Source of the DNA: an uncultured delta proteobacterium | GTDB taxonomy: Bacteria; Myxococcota_A; Polyangia; Palsa-1104 | Assembly: GCA_963785725.1 (NCBI GenBank) | Contig: CAWAWS010000033.1 | Span: 256,001 to 320,000 of the forward strand | Length of the DNA stretch: 64,000 nucleotides | Direction of reading: 5' to 3' | The notes under the pieces: generated by a model | Databases searched by the model: none | What the model was told of the DNA's origin: nothing | What the model saw: only the letters and a program-made list of their open reading frames with translations | In this document: positions 30,100 to 39,327 of the stretch, piece after piece | How the letters are laid out: every line of letters begins with the position of its first letter | Numbering within the stretch: the first letter of the stretch is position 1 | Position numbers and translations under genes: made by a program

Positions 30100-31239
30100 T
30101 TGGCGAAACACCGCGCATCGCAACGGGCGGGCAGCATCCGGTCGCACTTCGCAGCGCTCGTTCGCGGGCTCGGCGTGCTGGTCTGGGACGCGCTCGTGCG
30201 CGCGGCGGAGCGGATTCGCGATGCCGCCGCGCTCGGCCCGCGCGCGTTCCTGCGCCGGACGGTCGTGCTGCTGGCGCGCATCGCCGGCTACGTGGTCGCG
30301 ACGGCGCTCGCCTTCGTGTTGGTCACGGCGGTGATCGCGGCCCACTGGCCGGGCGGCTTGGCGCGCGTGCTCTTGTGCGCGCTCGGCCTCGTGGTCGTGC
30401 CGCTGGCGCTCTGTCAGCTGCCGTTTTTGCGCGCGCGTCGCGGCGTCGCGACCGCTTGGAGCGTGCTCGCCGTCGTCGCGCTCGTCGCGACCGGCGGCCG
30501 CAGCGTCGGCGGCGCCATCCGCCGCCACGGTGACTGGTTCCTCCGGCAGCGCACCGACGACCGCGCGGTCGTGATGCGCAAGCTCATCGGCGGCACCGGC
30601 ATCCTGCTCGAGTGGTTCAATCCGCCGGCGGAGATGCAGAGCCACGAGCTGTCGCCCGAGCTGGAGGCGCGCTTCTTCGGTCCGTGGCGCGAAGGCGCAG
30701 CGCCCTACTCGCACGAGCCGGTTTGGGTGCGCTGGTATCATCCGCTGCCGGGCCTTGCGCGCGGGCTGCCGGCGTTCGAGTCGCGCCGCTTCGGCGCCAT
30801 TCGTCCGCAGCCGCGACCGTGGGAGTGCGAGCTCGGCCACTGCGGCGTCGATCTGGCCGCGCCGACGGGCGAGCTGGTCGTCGCGGTCGCCGACGGCATC
30901 GTCGAGCGCGTCGAGCGCGACGCCGCCGCCGGCGAGCGCGCCGGCCGCTACGTGCGCCTGTCCCATTGCGACGGCAGCGTCGTGACGCGCTACATCCACC
31001 TCGACACCATCCGCAAGGAGCTGCGGCCCGGGCGCCACATCGCCGCCGGCGAGCCGCTCGGCACCGTCGGGCGCACGGGCGTGGTCGAGAACTTCCCGCA
31101 TCTGCACTTCGGGCTGTCGCTGCGAGCGGCGAACGGCAGCGAGCGCTACGTCGACCCCGAGCCGTTCCTGCGTCTGTGGGAGCTCGAGTCGGAGACGCCG
31201 AAGCTGCGCTTGCCGCCGGCGATGATCGCGCAGCGCTGA
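30100..31239 (+). CDS. Membrane-anchored M23 metallopeptidase
   Basis: HCGVD (HxxxD), TRYIHL and PHLHF (HxH), YVDP; N-terminal TM segments. Confidence 0.88.
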   Translation: MAKHRASQRAGSIRSHFAALVRGLGVLVWDALVRAAERIRDAAALGPRAFLRRTVVLLARIAGYVVATALAFVLVTAVIAAHWPGGLARVLLCALGLVVVPLALCQLPFLRARRGVATAWSVLAVVALVATGGRSVGGAIRRHGDWFLRQRTDDRAVVMRKLIGGTGILLEWFNPPAEMQSHELSPELEARFFGPWREGAAPYSHEPVWVRWYHPLPGLARGLPAFESRRFGAIRPQPRPWECELGHCGVDLAAPTGELVVAVADGIVERVERDAAAGERAGRYVRLSHCDGSVVTRYIHLDTIRKELRPGRHIAAGEPLGTVGRTGVVENFPHLHFGLSLRAANGSERYVDPEPFLRLWELESETPKLRLPPAMIAQR

Positions 31240-31536
31240 CGCATTCGTAGCGCGACGAACGGCGCTGCGACGCGACTGTCGATTCGTGGGCGGTGCGACT
31301 CGCGACTAAGAAGGAAGGAGCGTGCCGGTTATCGCTGCTGCGGCGGTCGCCGCGCGGTCATTGGCGTTGACTCAGCAATAAGCCGCGTAGCAAAATAAAC
31401 CGAAGGTCAGTGGCGCCGGCGCTGCGAAATCCCCCCTTCACAGCGCCGGCGTCGCTGGTCTCGGTTGCCCACATCGTAGCGATTTTCGGGTGCGATTCGC
31501 AATACGGGGAAACCCTAGGTACTAGGACAAGCGCTC

Positions 31537-32454
31537 ATGAGCGTCACTGATCGCGTCTACTGGCTCGCGGCCCAGCAAGTGCTCGTGACGGCACGGCTGG
31601 CCAACATCGACGACGGGCTCATCACCCGCGGCCTCGGCTGCGAAGCGTCGACGATGGCGGCCAAGCGCTGGATCCCCTGGGACGCCTACTGCACCATGCT
31701 CGAGCGCGTCGAAGCGGCGTGCGGCGGCCCCGAGGCGCTCGAGCAGCTCTGCGCCCAGCACGTGGCGTTCAACGAAGTCAGGGCGCTCGCCGGCGCGTTT
31801 CTCGGCCCGGCGCAGCTCTACGCGTTCATCTTTCGCGTCTTGGATCCGTTCTGCTTTCCCTGCGTTCGCTTCGGCTACGGCGAGCTCGGCGACGGGCGCT
31901 TGCAGATCGACATCGAGGTGCAGCCGACGGTGCGCGGCTCCATGCAGCTCATGCGCGGCACCGTGGGCGCGCTGCGCGCCGTGCCGACCCATCTCGGGCT
32001 GCCGCTGGCGACGGTGGAGGCGGATCTCGGCGCCCATCGGACTCGCTATGTCGTGCAGGCGCCGGCTTCGCAGACCATCCTGGCGCGCGCGCGCCGTCGG
32101 ACGAAGAGCGCGATCGACAGCATGACGGCGCTGCTCGGCGAGATGGCGAGCGAGCAGCTTCGCCCCGCGCCGGCGCCGGCGCGGACGGCAGCCGGCGGTC
32201 CAGGCGCCGGCGAGCCGCTCTCCGACATTCGCGCGATCTATGGCCTGTCCGATCGCCAATTCGCCGTGCTGCAGGAGATCATCGCCGGCTGCGGCAACAA
32301 GGAGATCGGCTTTCGGCTCGGTTGCGCCGAGAGCACCGTCGAGCTGCACGTCACCGCGCTCCTGCGCAAAGTGGGCGTGCAGAGTCGCGCGCAGCTGACG
32401 GCGAAATACTGGACCGACATGCGCGCGCCGCCGCTGCGACGCATCGAGAGCTAA
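31537..32454 (+). CDS. LuxR-type HTH transcriptional regulator
   Basis: C-terminal LSDRQFAVL...GCGNKEIG..LGCAESTVELHVTALLRKVGVQSRAQL. Confidence 0.85.
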   Translation: MSVTDRVYWLAAQQVLVTARLANIDDGLITRGLGCEASTMAAKRWIPWDAYCTMLERVEAACGGPEALEQLCAQHVAFNEVRALAGAFLGPAQLYAFIFRVLDPFCFPCVRFGYGELGDGRLQIDIEVQPTVRGSMQLMRGTVGALRAVPTHLGLPLATVEADLGAHRTRYVVQAPASQTILARARRRTKSAIDSMTALLGEMASEQLRPAPAPARTAAGGPGAGEPLSDIRAIYGLSDRQFAVLQEIIAGCGNKEIGFRLGCAESTVELHVTALLRKVGVQSRAQLTAKYWTDMRAPPLRRIES

Positions 32455-32475
32455 GCGCGCGCGGCGGGAGCCGAC

Positions 32476-33718
32476 CTACTCCTCGACGTGCTGGAAATAG
32501 TGATGATGCTGCAGCACGCGCTCGAACCGGATCGTCGCCGACGCCGAGATGACCTGTCCGAACGACTGATAGGTCGCGATGAAGTCGGGATCGGTCGACG
32601 TCTTCTTCAGCAGGAACGACGCCAGGTAGCCGAGGTCGAGGCTGAGCCAGTCGAACTTGAGGCCGACGCCCGCCGAGACGACGACGCGGTTGGAGTCGGG
32701 CGCCAGCGGGCCGAGCGTCGCCGTCGGCGCCGGCGACTCGTCGTAACCGGCGCCGAGCCGGATGCGCAGCCGATCTTTCAGGAAGCCGTACTGCGCGCCG
32801 CTGCGAAATGACCAGGCCGTGTGATAGTCGAGCGGCACCGTCTGCGACGTGCTCGTGTTCGTCGCCGGCTCGGTCAGCGTCAGCGTCAGCCCCGACAGAT
32901 CGCGCCACAACGAGACGTTGACCTGCGCCGAGAGGATGAGCTGCCCGAGGAACGCGGCGGCGCCGACCTGGAAGTTGTGCGGGAACGGCAGGCTGACGGT
33001 GGCGCGCTGCACGCCCGGCGACAGCGCCTGCAGCTCGGGCGGCGTCGTGATCGCGCCGCGGCCGCTGAAGTCCATGTCGATGCGGCTGCGATAGGCGAAG
33101 CCGAGGTTGAGGTAGTGCGGGATGAGCTTGACCAGGACGCCGACGTTGCCGCCGAGGCCGGTCGCGGTGGCGCCGGCGTGCAGGTTGCCTTCGGCGGAGC
33201 CGAGCTGCACGGCGCGATAGGTGTCGAACGAGCCGAGCATGATGTCGAAGCCGACGCCGACGCTGAGCCAGGAGAACGGGCGGATCGCCAGCGTCGGCTG
33301 CAGCGTGAACGTGGTGATGTCGATGAAGTAGCCTTCGAAGCGGCCGCGCCAGCCTTCGGGATACGAGAAGTGCTCGCCGAAGTTGGCGAACCCACCGAAG
33401 CCGAGCGCGATGTACTTGCCGAAGCGCTGGCTCACGTAGATCGTCGGTGCGACGGCGGGATGCCACAGCGTCAGATTGTCGGGCGTGACCTCGGTGCGCG
33501 CGATGATGAGGTTGCCACCGATGAGCGCGCCGAAGCCGGGCTGAAAGCCCAAGCCGGCCGGGTTGTAGTCAGATCGCCGCCGGATCGTTGGCGACGGCGG
33601 CGTGCGCGCCGGCCATGCCGACGCCGGCGGCCGACTGCTCGTCGAGCTCGAAGCCGCCGCCGGCGTGCGCCGCGCGGGCCCATGCGGAAACGACCAACAG
33701 GCAAATGACTTTGCGCAT
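32476..33718 (-). CDS. FadL/OMPP1 long-chain fatty-acid outer-membrane transporter; one frameshift
   Basis: MRKVICLL...GGFELDEQSA..VGMAGA..AVANDPAAI, then ATC-TgAC-TAC-AAC (one extra base near 33570) resuming YYNPAGL. C-terminal GAGYDESP...PDSNR. Confidence 0.85.
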
Positions 33719-33732
33719 CGACAGCTCCCGCG

Positions 33733-36522
33733 TCATGGCGTGGCCACCGGCAGCGTCGCGCCGCCCGACAAGACATACGTGGTCGCTTGCGTGCGCATCG
33801 ACGGGCTCGGCATCTCGGTGAGCAGCGTCGTGTGCACGGCGTCGGCGAAGAAGGTGGAGACGAAGGTGCCGGCGGCGTTCGCGCCTTGCGCGTTGCCGTT
33901 GGCGTCGACGCCGCTGCCGCCCCAGAGCGACAGCGACAGCGCCGCCTCGTATTGCGGCGGCACCGTGGTGTCCATCCCCGCCTCTTGCACGATGGCCAGC
34001 TTCGGCGTGTTGGTCGCGCCGAGCACGTAGGAGAACGACGGCGCGCGCCGAATCAGCCGCCCGACCGAGAACGGATCGGTCGGATCGAGCACCCAGCGCG
34101 CCGTCTGCACCAGCTGCGCGTAGGCGGCCGTCCCGCGCATGATGCCGAGCTGCTGCAAGAGCTGGTCGATGGCGGGATGAAAGTCACCGTCGGAGAGGAT
34201 CTCGAATAGGTGGCCGCCGCCGACGCTGAGCACGTTGGCGCCGTTGATCGACGGGTCGGTGGCGAGGAAGACGGCGCCGTTGATGGCGCCGAGCGAGTGG
34301 CCGATGAAGCTCAAGTGCGCCGCGTCGATGGTGCCGCCGAGGCTGGCCGTCGTCAGGCGCGCTTGCAAGCTGTTGCCGCCCGTCGCCTTGACGACGCGCA
34401 CGAGCTGGGCCGCGTCGACGACGTATTGGAAGCCGCCGGCCCGCCCGCCGAACAAGTTGGCGGGATCGACGTAGCCGTTGCCCGACGCGGCCGGCTCGCA
34501 GTCGTCGGCCAGGTCGCCCGAGAACGCGGCCAGATCGCAGGCGAGCGGGTTGGTCGTGTTGACGGCGAGGCCGGTCGAGCAGACGCCGGTCGTCGTGTCG
34601 CAGCTCCCGGCCGTGGCGCCGGTACATTGGTCGTCGGCGCTACATTTGGTGCGCGCGCCGTGGAAGTCGATGTCGAAGCCGATGGCGGCGCTGCCGCTCG
34701 CCGCCAGATCGTTGGCGAGGACGAAGACGTCGCCGCGCCACGAGGTCAGGCCGTGCTGCGCGATGACCACGGGCGCGCCGCTCGCGCTCGCCGTCTTGGG
34801 CAGCGTCAGCCAGTAGTGCACCGTCGCCGGCAGCGTCGCCGCCGGCGTGACGGTGAAGCTGTCGGCGGCGGGCACGGTCGGCGTCGTCGCCGACGGCTGA
34901 CGCGTGAAATGCACCAGCCGCGTCGTCGGATCATAGATGAGCTGCGTCGTGAAGGTGCCGAGCACGACCGCTCTGACGTTCCCGAGCAGCGCCTGCAGCG
35001 TCACCGGCAGCGCCGAGAAGTCGGTGTACGCCGTCGCCGTCACGTCGGTCGAGAGCGCCGCCGTCGTGGGAAAGGCGTCGAGCGCCGCCAGCGGGCGCGC
35101 GACCGATTGCGTGGTGAAGGTCCACAGGGCGGCGATCGCGCTCGCCGGCAGTCCCTTCGTCTGCAGCTCGCCGAGCAGCGGCGCCAGCGCCAAGCGCAGC
35201 GTCTCGAGCTGCTGGGCCGAGGCGTCGTCGAGCACGCTCACCGTCGAGTGCGTGCCGTCGAAGAGCGGGTTGGGCTGCAGGAGCAGCGCCGTCGCCGGTG
35301 AAGGCACGAAGGGCACGCCGCTCGCGGTGGCGCTGCGCGTGACCACCGCGGCGTAGCGCGACTGATCGGACATCAGCGGCAGCGTCGGAACCAGCGCCAC
35401 CTGGCCGAAGCTGGGCGCCGCGACGAACACCGGCGTCTCGGCGTCGCCGCTCTGGTCGAGCGAGACGAGGAGCGTCGACAGGCCGGGCACGAGCGACGCG
35501 GCGTCGATGGTCGCGCCCGCCACGACGTCGACGGGCAGCGTGATCGCCGCCGACTCGGAGAAGCCATCGAGCGTGTTGAGCTCCATCTTCAGCGCCGCTT
35601 CGGGATCGCCGGCGGCAATCGGCAGCATCACGTTGCCGGTCGATTGGTCGATGAGGACGTCGTTGGGGAACGGGATCGCGTTCGACGTCGGATCGAACTC
35701 GGCCACCGGCTGCGCGGTGATGGTGAAGGTCCAGAAGAGCACGACGTCGTCGCGGTTGCGGCCGGGCGCCACCACCGGCAAGAGCTGCGTCAGCGCCGCG
35801 TCGAGCATCTCGCGCTGCGGCTCGGCCTGGCGCGCCTGCGCGTCCGAGACCCCCGAGAACGACGAGTGGCAGGTGGTATCGCTGGGGTCGGCGATGGCCG
35901 CGGCCGGACAGGCGCAGGCGGGATTGGTCGCATCGGCGCAGCGCACGAGCAGCGGCGTCGGCGAGAGCAAGATGAAGAACGTCGACGACGCCAGCACCAC
36001 CGCGCCGTTGGCGCCCTTGAGGCCGAGCGGGTCGCCGTTGCCGAACAGGAGCGCGGCGTAGCGATGGCCGCTGGTGAAGCGGCTGCCGTCGACAATGTTG
36101 AGCGTCTTGCCGTCGGTCGACAGGGACGCGGTCAGCCCGGTCGCCAACGTCGAGGTGGTCGTGTCGACGAAGATGATCGAGCCCGGCGCCGTCGCCGTCT
36201 GCACGGTCAGCGAGGTCGGATCGAGCGGCGCCGAGAAGGTGGTGCTCGCCGTCGAGCTGGGCGGGAAGCCGGTGAGCGTGCGCAGGTAGGCGTTGAGCGC
36301 CAGCTGCGCCGCCGACTGACCGGGCTCGTCGGGCACGTTGAGGTGCACGCCGTCGCCGCCGACGAACGCGAGGTCGTTCGGCGTCGGCAACACCGGCGGC
36401 GACGCCAGTGGGTCGTAGAGCGCGACCGAGATGTTGGACGTCCCAGGCGGCGCGGCGATCTTTGGCTGACAGCCGCCCCAGACGACTCCGAGCAAGCCGA
36501 GCGAGAGTGAAGCGACACGCAT
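33733..36522 (-). CDS. Lipoprotein lipase, Pla-1/Cef/VolA-like, with two Ig-like modules
   Basis: WGGC lipobox; repeated PTPNDL/PFPNDV...LNTLDGFS modules; QHGLT, DFHGAR, GHSLG nucleophile, DTTVP, terminal His. Confidence 0.8.
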   Translation of the reverse strand: MRVASLSLGLLGVVWGGCQPKIAAPPGTSNISVALYDPLASPPVLPTPNDLAFVGGDGVHLNVPDEPGQSAAQLALNAYLRTLTGFPPSSTASTTFSAPLDPTSLTVQTATAPGSIIFVDTTTSTLATGLTASLSTDGKTLNIVDGSRFTSGHRYAALLFGNGDPLGLKGANGAVVLASSTFFILLSPTPLLVRCADATNPACACPAAAIADPSDTTCHSSFSGVSDAQARQAEPQREMLDAALTQLLPVVAPGRNRDDVVLFWTFTITAQPVAEFDPTSNAIPFPNDVLIDQSTGNVMLPIAAGDPEAALKMELNTLDGFSESAAITLPVDVVAGATIDAASLVPGLSTLLVSLDQSGDAETPVFVAAPSFGQVALVPTLPLMSDQSRYAAVVTRSATASGVPFVPSPATALLLQPNPLFDGTHSTVSVLDDASAQQLETLRLALAPLLGELQTKGLPASAIAALWTFTTQSVARPLAALDAFPTTAALSTDVTATAYTDFSALPVTLQALLGNVRAVVLGTFTTQLIYDPTTRLVHFTRQPSATTPTVPAADSFTVTPAATLPATVHYWLTLPKTASASGAPVVIAQHGLTSWRGDVFVLANDLAASGSAAIGFDIDFHGARTKCSADDQCTGATAGSCDTTTGVCSTGLAVNTTNPLACDLAAFSGDLADDCEPAASGNGYVDPANLFGGRAGGFQYVVDAAQLVRVVKATGGNSLQARLTTASLGGTIDAAHLSFIGHSLGAINGAVFLATDPSINGANVLSVGGGHLFEILSDGDFHPAIDQLLQQLGIMRGTAAYAQLVQTARWVLDPTDPFSVGRLIRRAPSFSYVLGATNTPKLAIVQEAGMDTTVPPQYEAALSLSLWGGSGVDANGNAQGANAAGTFVSTFFADAVHTTLLTEMPSPSMRTQATTYVLSGGATLPVATP

Positions 36523-36649
36523 GGCGATTGTTTCAGCGCCGATTCGTGTACGTCAATCGCGTGACCGATTCGAAACACCAAAGTAAGGGACTTACCCTGC
36601 GGGATTCGCGGTAGCCGAGTCGTGGGTGAAGTCGTGCCGAACCGAGCGG

Positions 36650-37363
36650 TTAGACTTCGACTTTCAGCGTCGGCTTCGTGTTGGGGTAGATCTGCTCGAC
36701 GGCCGGTTCGTCGGGACCGGGCTTTTGCATGGCGAACGCATTGACCGGCTGCGATCGATTGATCCAGAGCGCGTAGTACAGATGATCGGACCGCGGGTCA
36801 TCGGTATTCGGATGCAGCAATATCGTCAACCCGAGACTATTGAGCTGCAGCCACGGCACCAGCACCGGCAGCAAATCGTTGGTGAAGCCGAAATAGAATG
36901 ACGGCGTCACGTGCGGACCGCGCGGCTGCAGATTCCAATTGCCGAGCTCGACCAGGAAGCGCTCCGCGACCCACTTACGAATCAGCGCCGCCTTTTCGTA
37001 GCTGTCTTCGTCGAAGTAGACGTGCGCGTGATAGCTCTCGATGTCGGTGTATTTGCGCGGCCGCGCCGGCAGCTGCTGCTCGCCCGGCCTGACGCTCGGC
37101 GGACGCGGCGTCGGCTCCTTGTACGTCTCGTAGCCCCACGGGCTGCGGCCGGGCGCGTGCGGCGGCGCCACGCGCGTCGCGGCCGCCGCGTTCGATCGAC
37201 CGCTCGGCGCTTCGCCGGCGACGGCGGCCCGCGCAGTCGCCGCGCGCGCCAGCGTCAACGCCGCCAAGCCCGCCGTCACCACCTGCCGGCGACTCGGTCC
37301 CAGCCGATCGGCCCAGGCTTGGTCATCGCCGCTCGGCTCGTCCTCTTGCGATCGTTCACTCAT
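36650..37363 (-). CDS. DOPA 4,5-dioxygenase-family protein with Tat-like signal
   Basis: SRRQVVTAGLAAL...ATARA; YHAHVYF, GPH, WLQLN..GL.ILLHPNT...DH...ALW. Confidence 0.8.
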   Translation of the reverse strand: MSERSQEDEPSGDDQAWADRLGPSRRQVVTAGLAALTLARAATARAAVAGEAPSGRSNAAAATRVAPPHAPGRSPWGYETYKEPTPRPPSVRPGEQQLPARPRKYTDIESYHAHVYFDEDSYEKAALIRKWVAERFLVELGNWNLQPRGPHVTPSFYFGFTNDLLPVLVPWLQLNSLGLTILLHPNTDDPRSDHLYYALWINRSQPVNAFAMQKPGPDEPAVEQIYPNTKPTLKVEV

Positions 37364-37383
37364 CGGCGTTATCGCTGGCGGCG

Positions 37384-37965
37384 CTAGCTGGCGCGGCCGA
37401 CGGCGGTGGCGCGCTCGACCTCGATGAGCCGGCCGCTCTCGACCTGGTAGACGTAGCCGTAGATGGGGATGGCGCGCGGCACCAGCGGATGATTGCGGAT
37501 GCGCTCGACGTCGGTGGTGACGCTCTCGGCCTGCTCGCGGATGGTGAGCCAGTCGATGTAGTCGCCTTGGCGCGAGCCGGGACCGGCGCCGACGTCGCGC
37601 CACTGCTTGCCGTCGTGCTGCGCCGTGTGCAGGCTGGACGCGAGCAGGCCGCGGATGATCTCGTCGCTGAACAGCTCCATGCCGCAGCTCGAGTGATGAA
37701 TGACGAACCACTCCTTCGTGCCCAAGAGCTTGTGCGAGATGACGAGCGAGCGGATGGCGTCGTCGCTGGCGCGGCCGCCGGCGTTGCGGATGACGTGCGC
37801 GTCGCCCTCGGCGAGGCCGGCGTATTTGGCCGGATCGAGGCGCGCGTCCATGCAGGTCAAGATGGCGAAGCCGCGCGCCGGCGGCAGCGCCAGCTTGCCC
37901 TTGTCGCCGAACTCGGACGCGTAGCGCGCGTTGGCCTTCAAGACGTCTTCGCGAATCTGGCTCAT
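37384..37965 (-). CDS. Beta-class carbonic anhydrase (clade D-like)
   Basis: [34 protein letters not shown]. Confidence 0.92.
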   Translation of the reverse strand: MSQIREDVLKANARYASEFGDKGKLALPPARGFAILTCMDARLDPAKYAGLAEGDAHVIRNAGGRASDDAIRSLVISHKLLGTKEWFVIHHSSCGMELFSDEIIRGLLASSLHTAQHDGKQWRDVGAGPGSRQGDYIDWLTIREQAESVTTDVERIRNHPLVPRAIPIYGYVYQVESGRLIEVERATAVGRAS

Positions 37966-38001
37966 CGATTCCTCCTCGAGCGTGGACGGTTGGCGATCAG
38001 T

Positions 38002-38074
38002 TGGCGGCCCCTTCCGGGATTCGAACCCGGCTCGACGGTTTTGCAGACCACGCCATCCCAGATGGCAAGGAGCC
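38002..38074 (-). tRNA. Atypical tRNA with Cys anticodon (GCA), encoded CCA and G discriminator
   Basis: GGCTCCTT-GCCATCTGGGATGGC-GTGGT-CTGCAAA-ACCGT-CGAG-CCGGG-TTCGAAT-CCCGG-AAGGGGCC-G-CCA. T arm and anticodon loop are canonical. Confidence 0.8.
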
Positions 38075-38086
38075 AGAGTGTCTTCG

Positions 38087-38182
38087 TTACGACTGCGACT
38101 CGTGACGCTGCGCGATCGCCAGCAGCACGAGGTGGAACAACACGATGCCGAAGCCGAGCGTGTAGTCGACGACGCGGCTCAT
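38087..38182 (-). CDS. 31-aa single-TM microprotein
   Basis: [31 protein letters not shown]. The ATG overlaps the upstream stop (ATGA). Confidence 0.55.
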   Translation of the reverse strand: MSRVVDYTLGFGIVLFHLVLLAIAQRHESQS

Positions 38183-38505
38183 CGGGCGGCGCCCGCCGCC
38201 GCTATCGGCGCGACGTCCATGCCCGCGAGGATCGCCGCCAGTCGCGCCGGGCTGCAGCGTCGATAGAGCACGACCGGCACGCCGTGAGCGCGCGCCGCTC
38301 GCCGCGCGACGTGCACGGCGCCGTGGCTGTTGACGTCGGTGACGACGATGAGAAAGTCGACGCCGCGCGCCAGCAGATCGAGCGTGTTGCTGCCGCGTCC
38401 GCCGATGTGGCCCGAGTGAAAGGCGATCGAGTGCCCGCTACGCTCGGCGATCTCGCGATAGAGCGACTCGGTCCGTTCGACGCCGCCGACAATACCGATT
38501 CGCAT
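38179..38505 (-). CDS. DUF2325-like protein
   Basis: MRIGIVGG...FHSG...D..IVVTDVNSH.AV..AR..AR..GVP. Confidence 0.75.
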   Translation of the reverse strand: MRIGIVGGVERTESLYREIAERSGHSIAFHSGHIGGRGSNTLDLLARGVDFLIVVTDVNSHGAVHVARRAARAHGVPVVLYRRCSPARLAAILAGMDVAPIAAAGAAR

Positions 38506-38508
38506 AGA

Positions 38509-38895
38509 TCACCAGTGCCAAACCTGCTCGTAGCCTTCGAGCAGCTCGGCGAACGCGTGCGCGGCGATCGGCGTCGGTCCGTCGATGATCTCGTCGCGGG
38601 CGATGCCGCGCCGTTTCGCGTCATCCTCGACGTAGAACACGCGCACGCCTTTGTCGCCGAGCCGGCGCACGTCGTCGGCGAGCCGCGGCGGCTGCGTTTG
38701 CCGGCGTTCCCCGAAGGCGAGCCCGCTCGCGTCCTGATCGCGCACGACGTAATTGACCGCGTTGCCGCGCAGGAGCACGTCGGTGTCGGCGCCATTGCCG
38801 CGCAGCGACGTCACCAGCCACAAGACCGGATCGTCCTGCTCCTCGAGCGTCGCGCGATAAGCGGTCTCGACGATCTGCAAAATCTTCTTCGACAT
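38509..38895 (-). CDS. DsrE/F-like family protein (DsrF/TusC-like, no Cys)
   Basis: ILQIVETAYRATLEEQDD...VLLRGNAV...VFYVEDD..RRGI. Confidence 0.7.
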   Translation of the reverse strand: MSKKILQIVETAYRATLEEQDDPVLWLVTSLRGNGADTDVLLRGNAVNYVVRDQDASGLAFGERRQTQPPRLADDVRRLGDKGVRVFYVEDDAKRRGIARDEIIDGPTPIAAHAFAELLEGYEQVWHW

Positions 38896-38904
38896 GACGG
38901 CTCC

Positions 38905-39318
38905 TTACTTCGTGGGAATGACGAGCGTGTTGACCGAAGCCGCGACGAACTTGGCGAGGTCGGCGGGGCTGCCGCGGCGCGTGCCGGCGACCGCTTCGGC
39001 GACGCCGCGCTCGTCGACGCACAGGCCGCAGTTGACCCAATCGACTGTGACGGCGCGCGTCTCGGCCTCGGCGAGGATGGCGGCGATCCAATCCTTCGTC
39101 GTCGGATGATCTTCGAGGGCGGCGTCGCGGCCGTGCACGGCGTTGGCGTGCGGCGTCTGCTTGACGAACGGCAGCGCCACGGCGCCTTCGTAAGCGAAGA
39201 CGTTGACGTCGAAGCCGCGCTTGACGGCACGATCGATGAGGCGCAGCGCCGTCGTCGTGCGCGCGTTCTCGTAAGGCGGATCATTGAGCACGAACGTCAG
39301 CGATTGCTTGGTCGACAT
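38905..39318 (-). CDS. DsrE/TusD-like sulfur-relay protein
   Basis: PPYENARTTTALRL...VFAYEGAV...NCGLCVDERG; the Cys sits at the DsrE active-site position. Confidence 0.8.
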   Translation of the reverse strand: MSTKQSLTFVLNDPPYENARTTTALRLIDRAVKRGFDVNVFAYEGAVALPFVKQTPHANAVHGRDAALEDHPTTKDWIAAILAEAETRAVTVDWVNCGLCVDERGVAEAVAGTRRGSPADLAKFVAASVNTLVIPTK

Positions 39319-39327
39319 CTTGTCCTC

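Noticed and set aside
33569..33571. In-frame TGA in fadL as a recoding or readthrough site
   Set aside because: The downstream sequence continues in a different frame; a single inserted base explains it.
38002..38074. tRNA as an integration site (att) of a genomic island
   Set aside because: I saw no integrase and no duplicated tRNA 3' end in the window.
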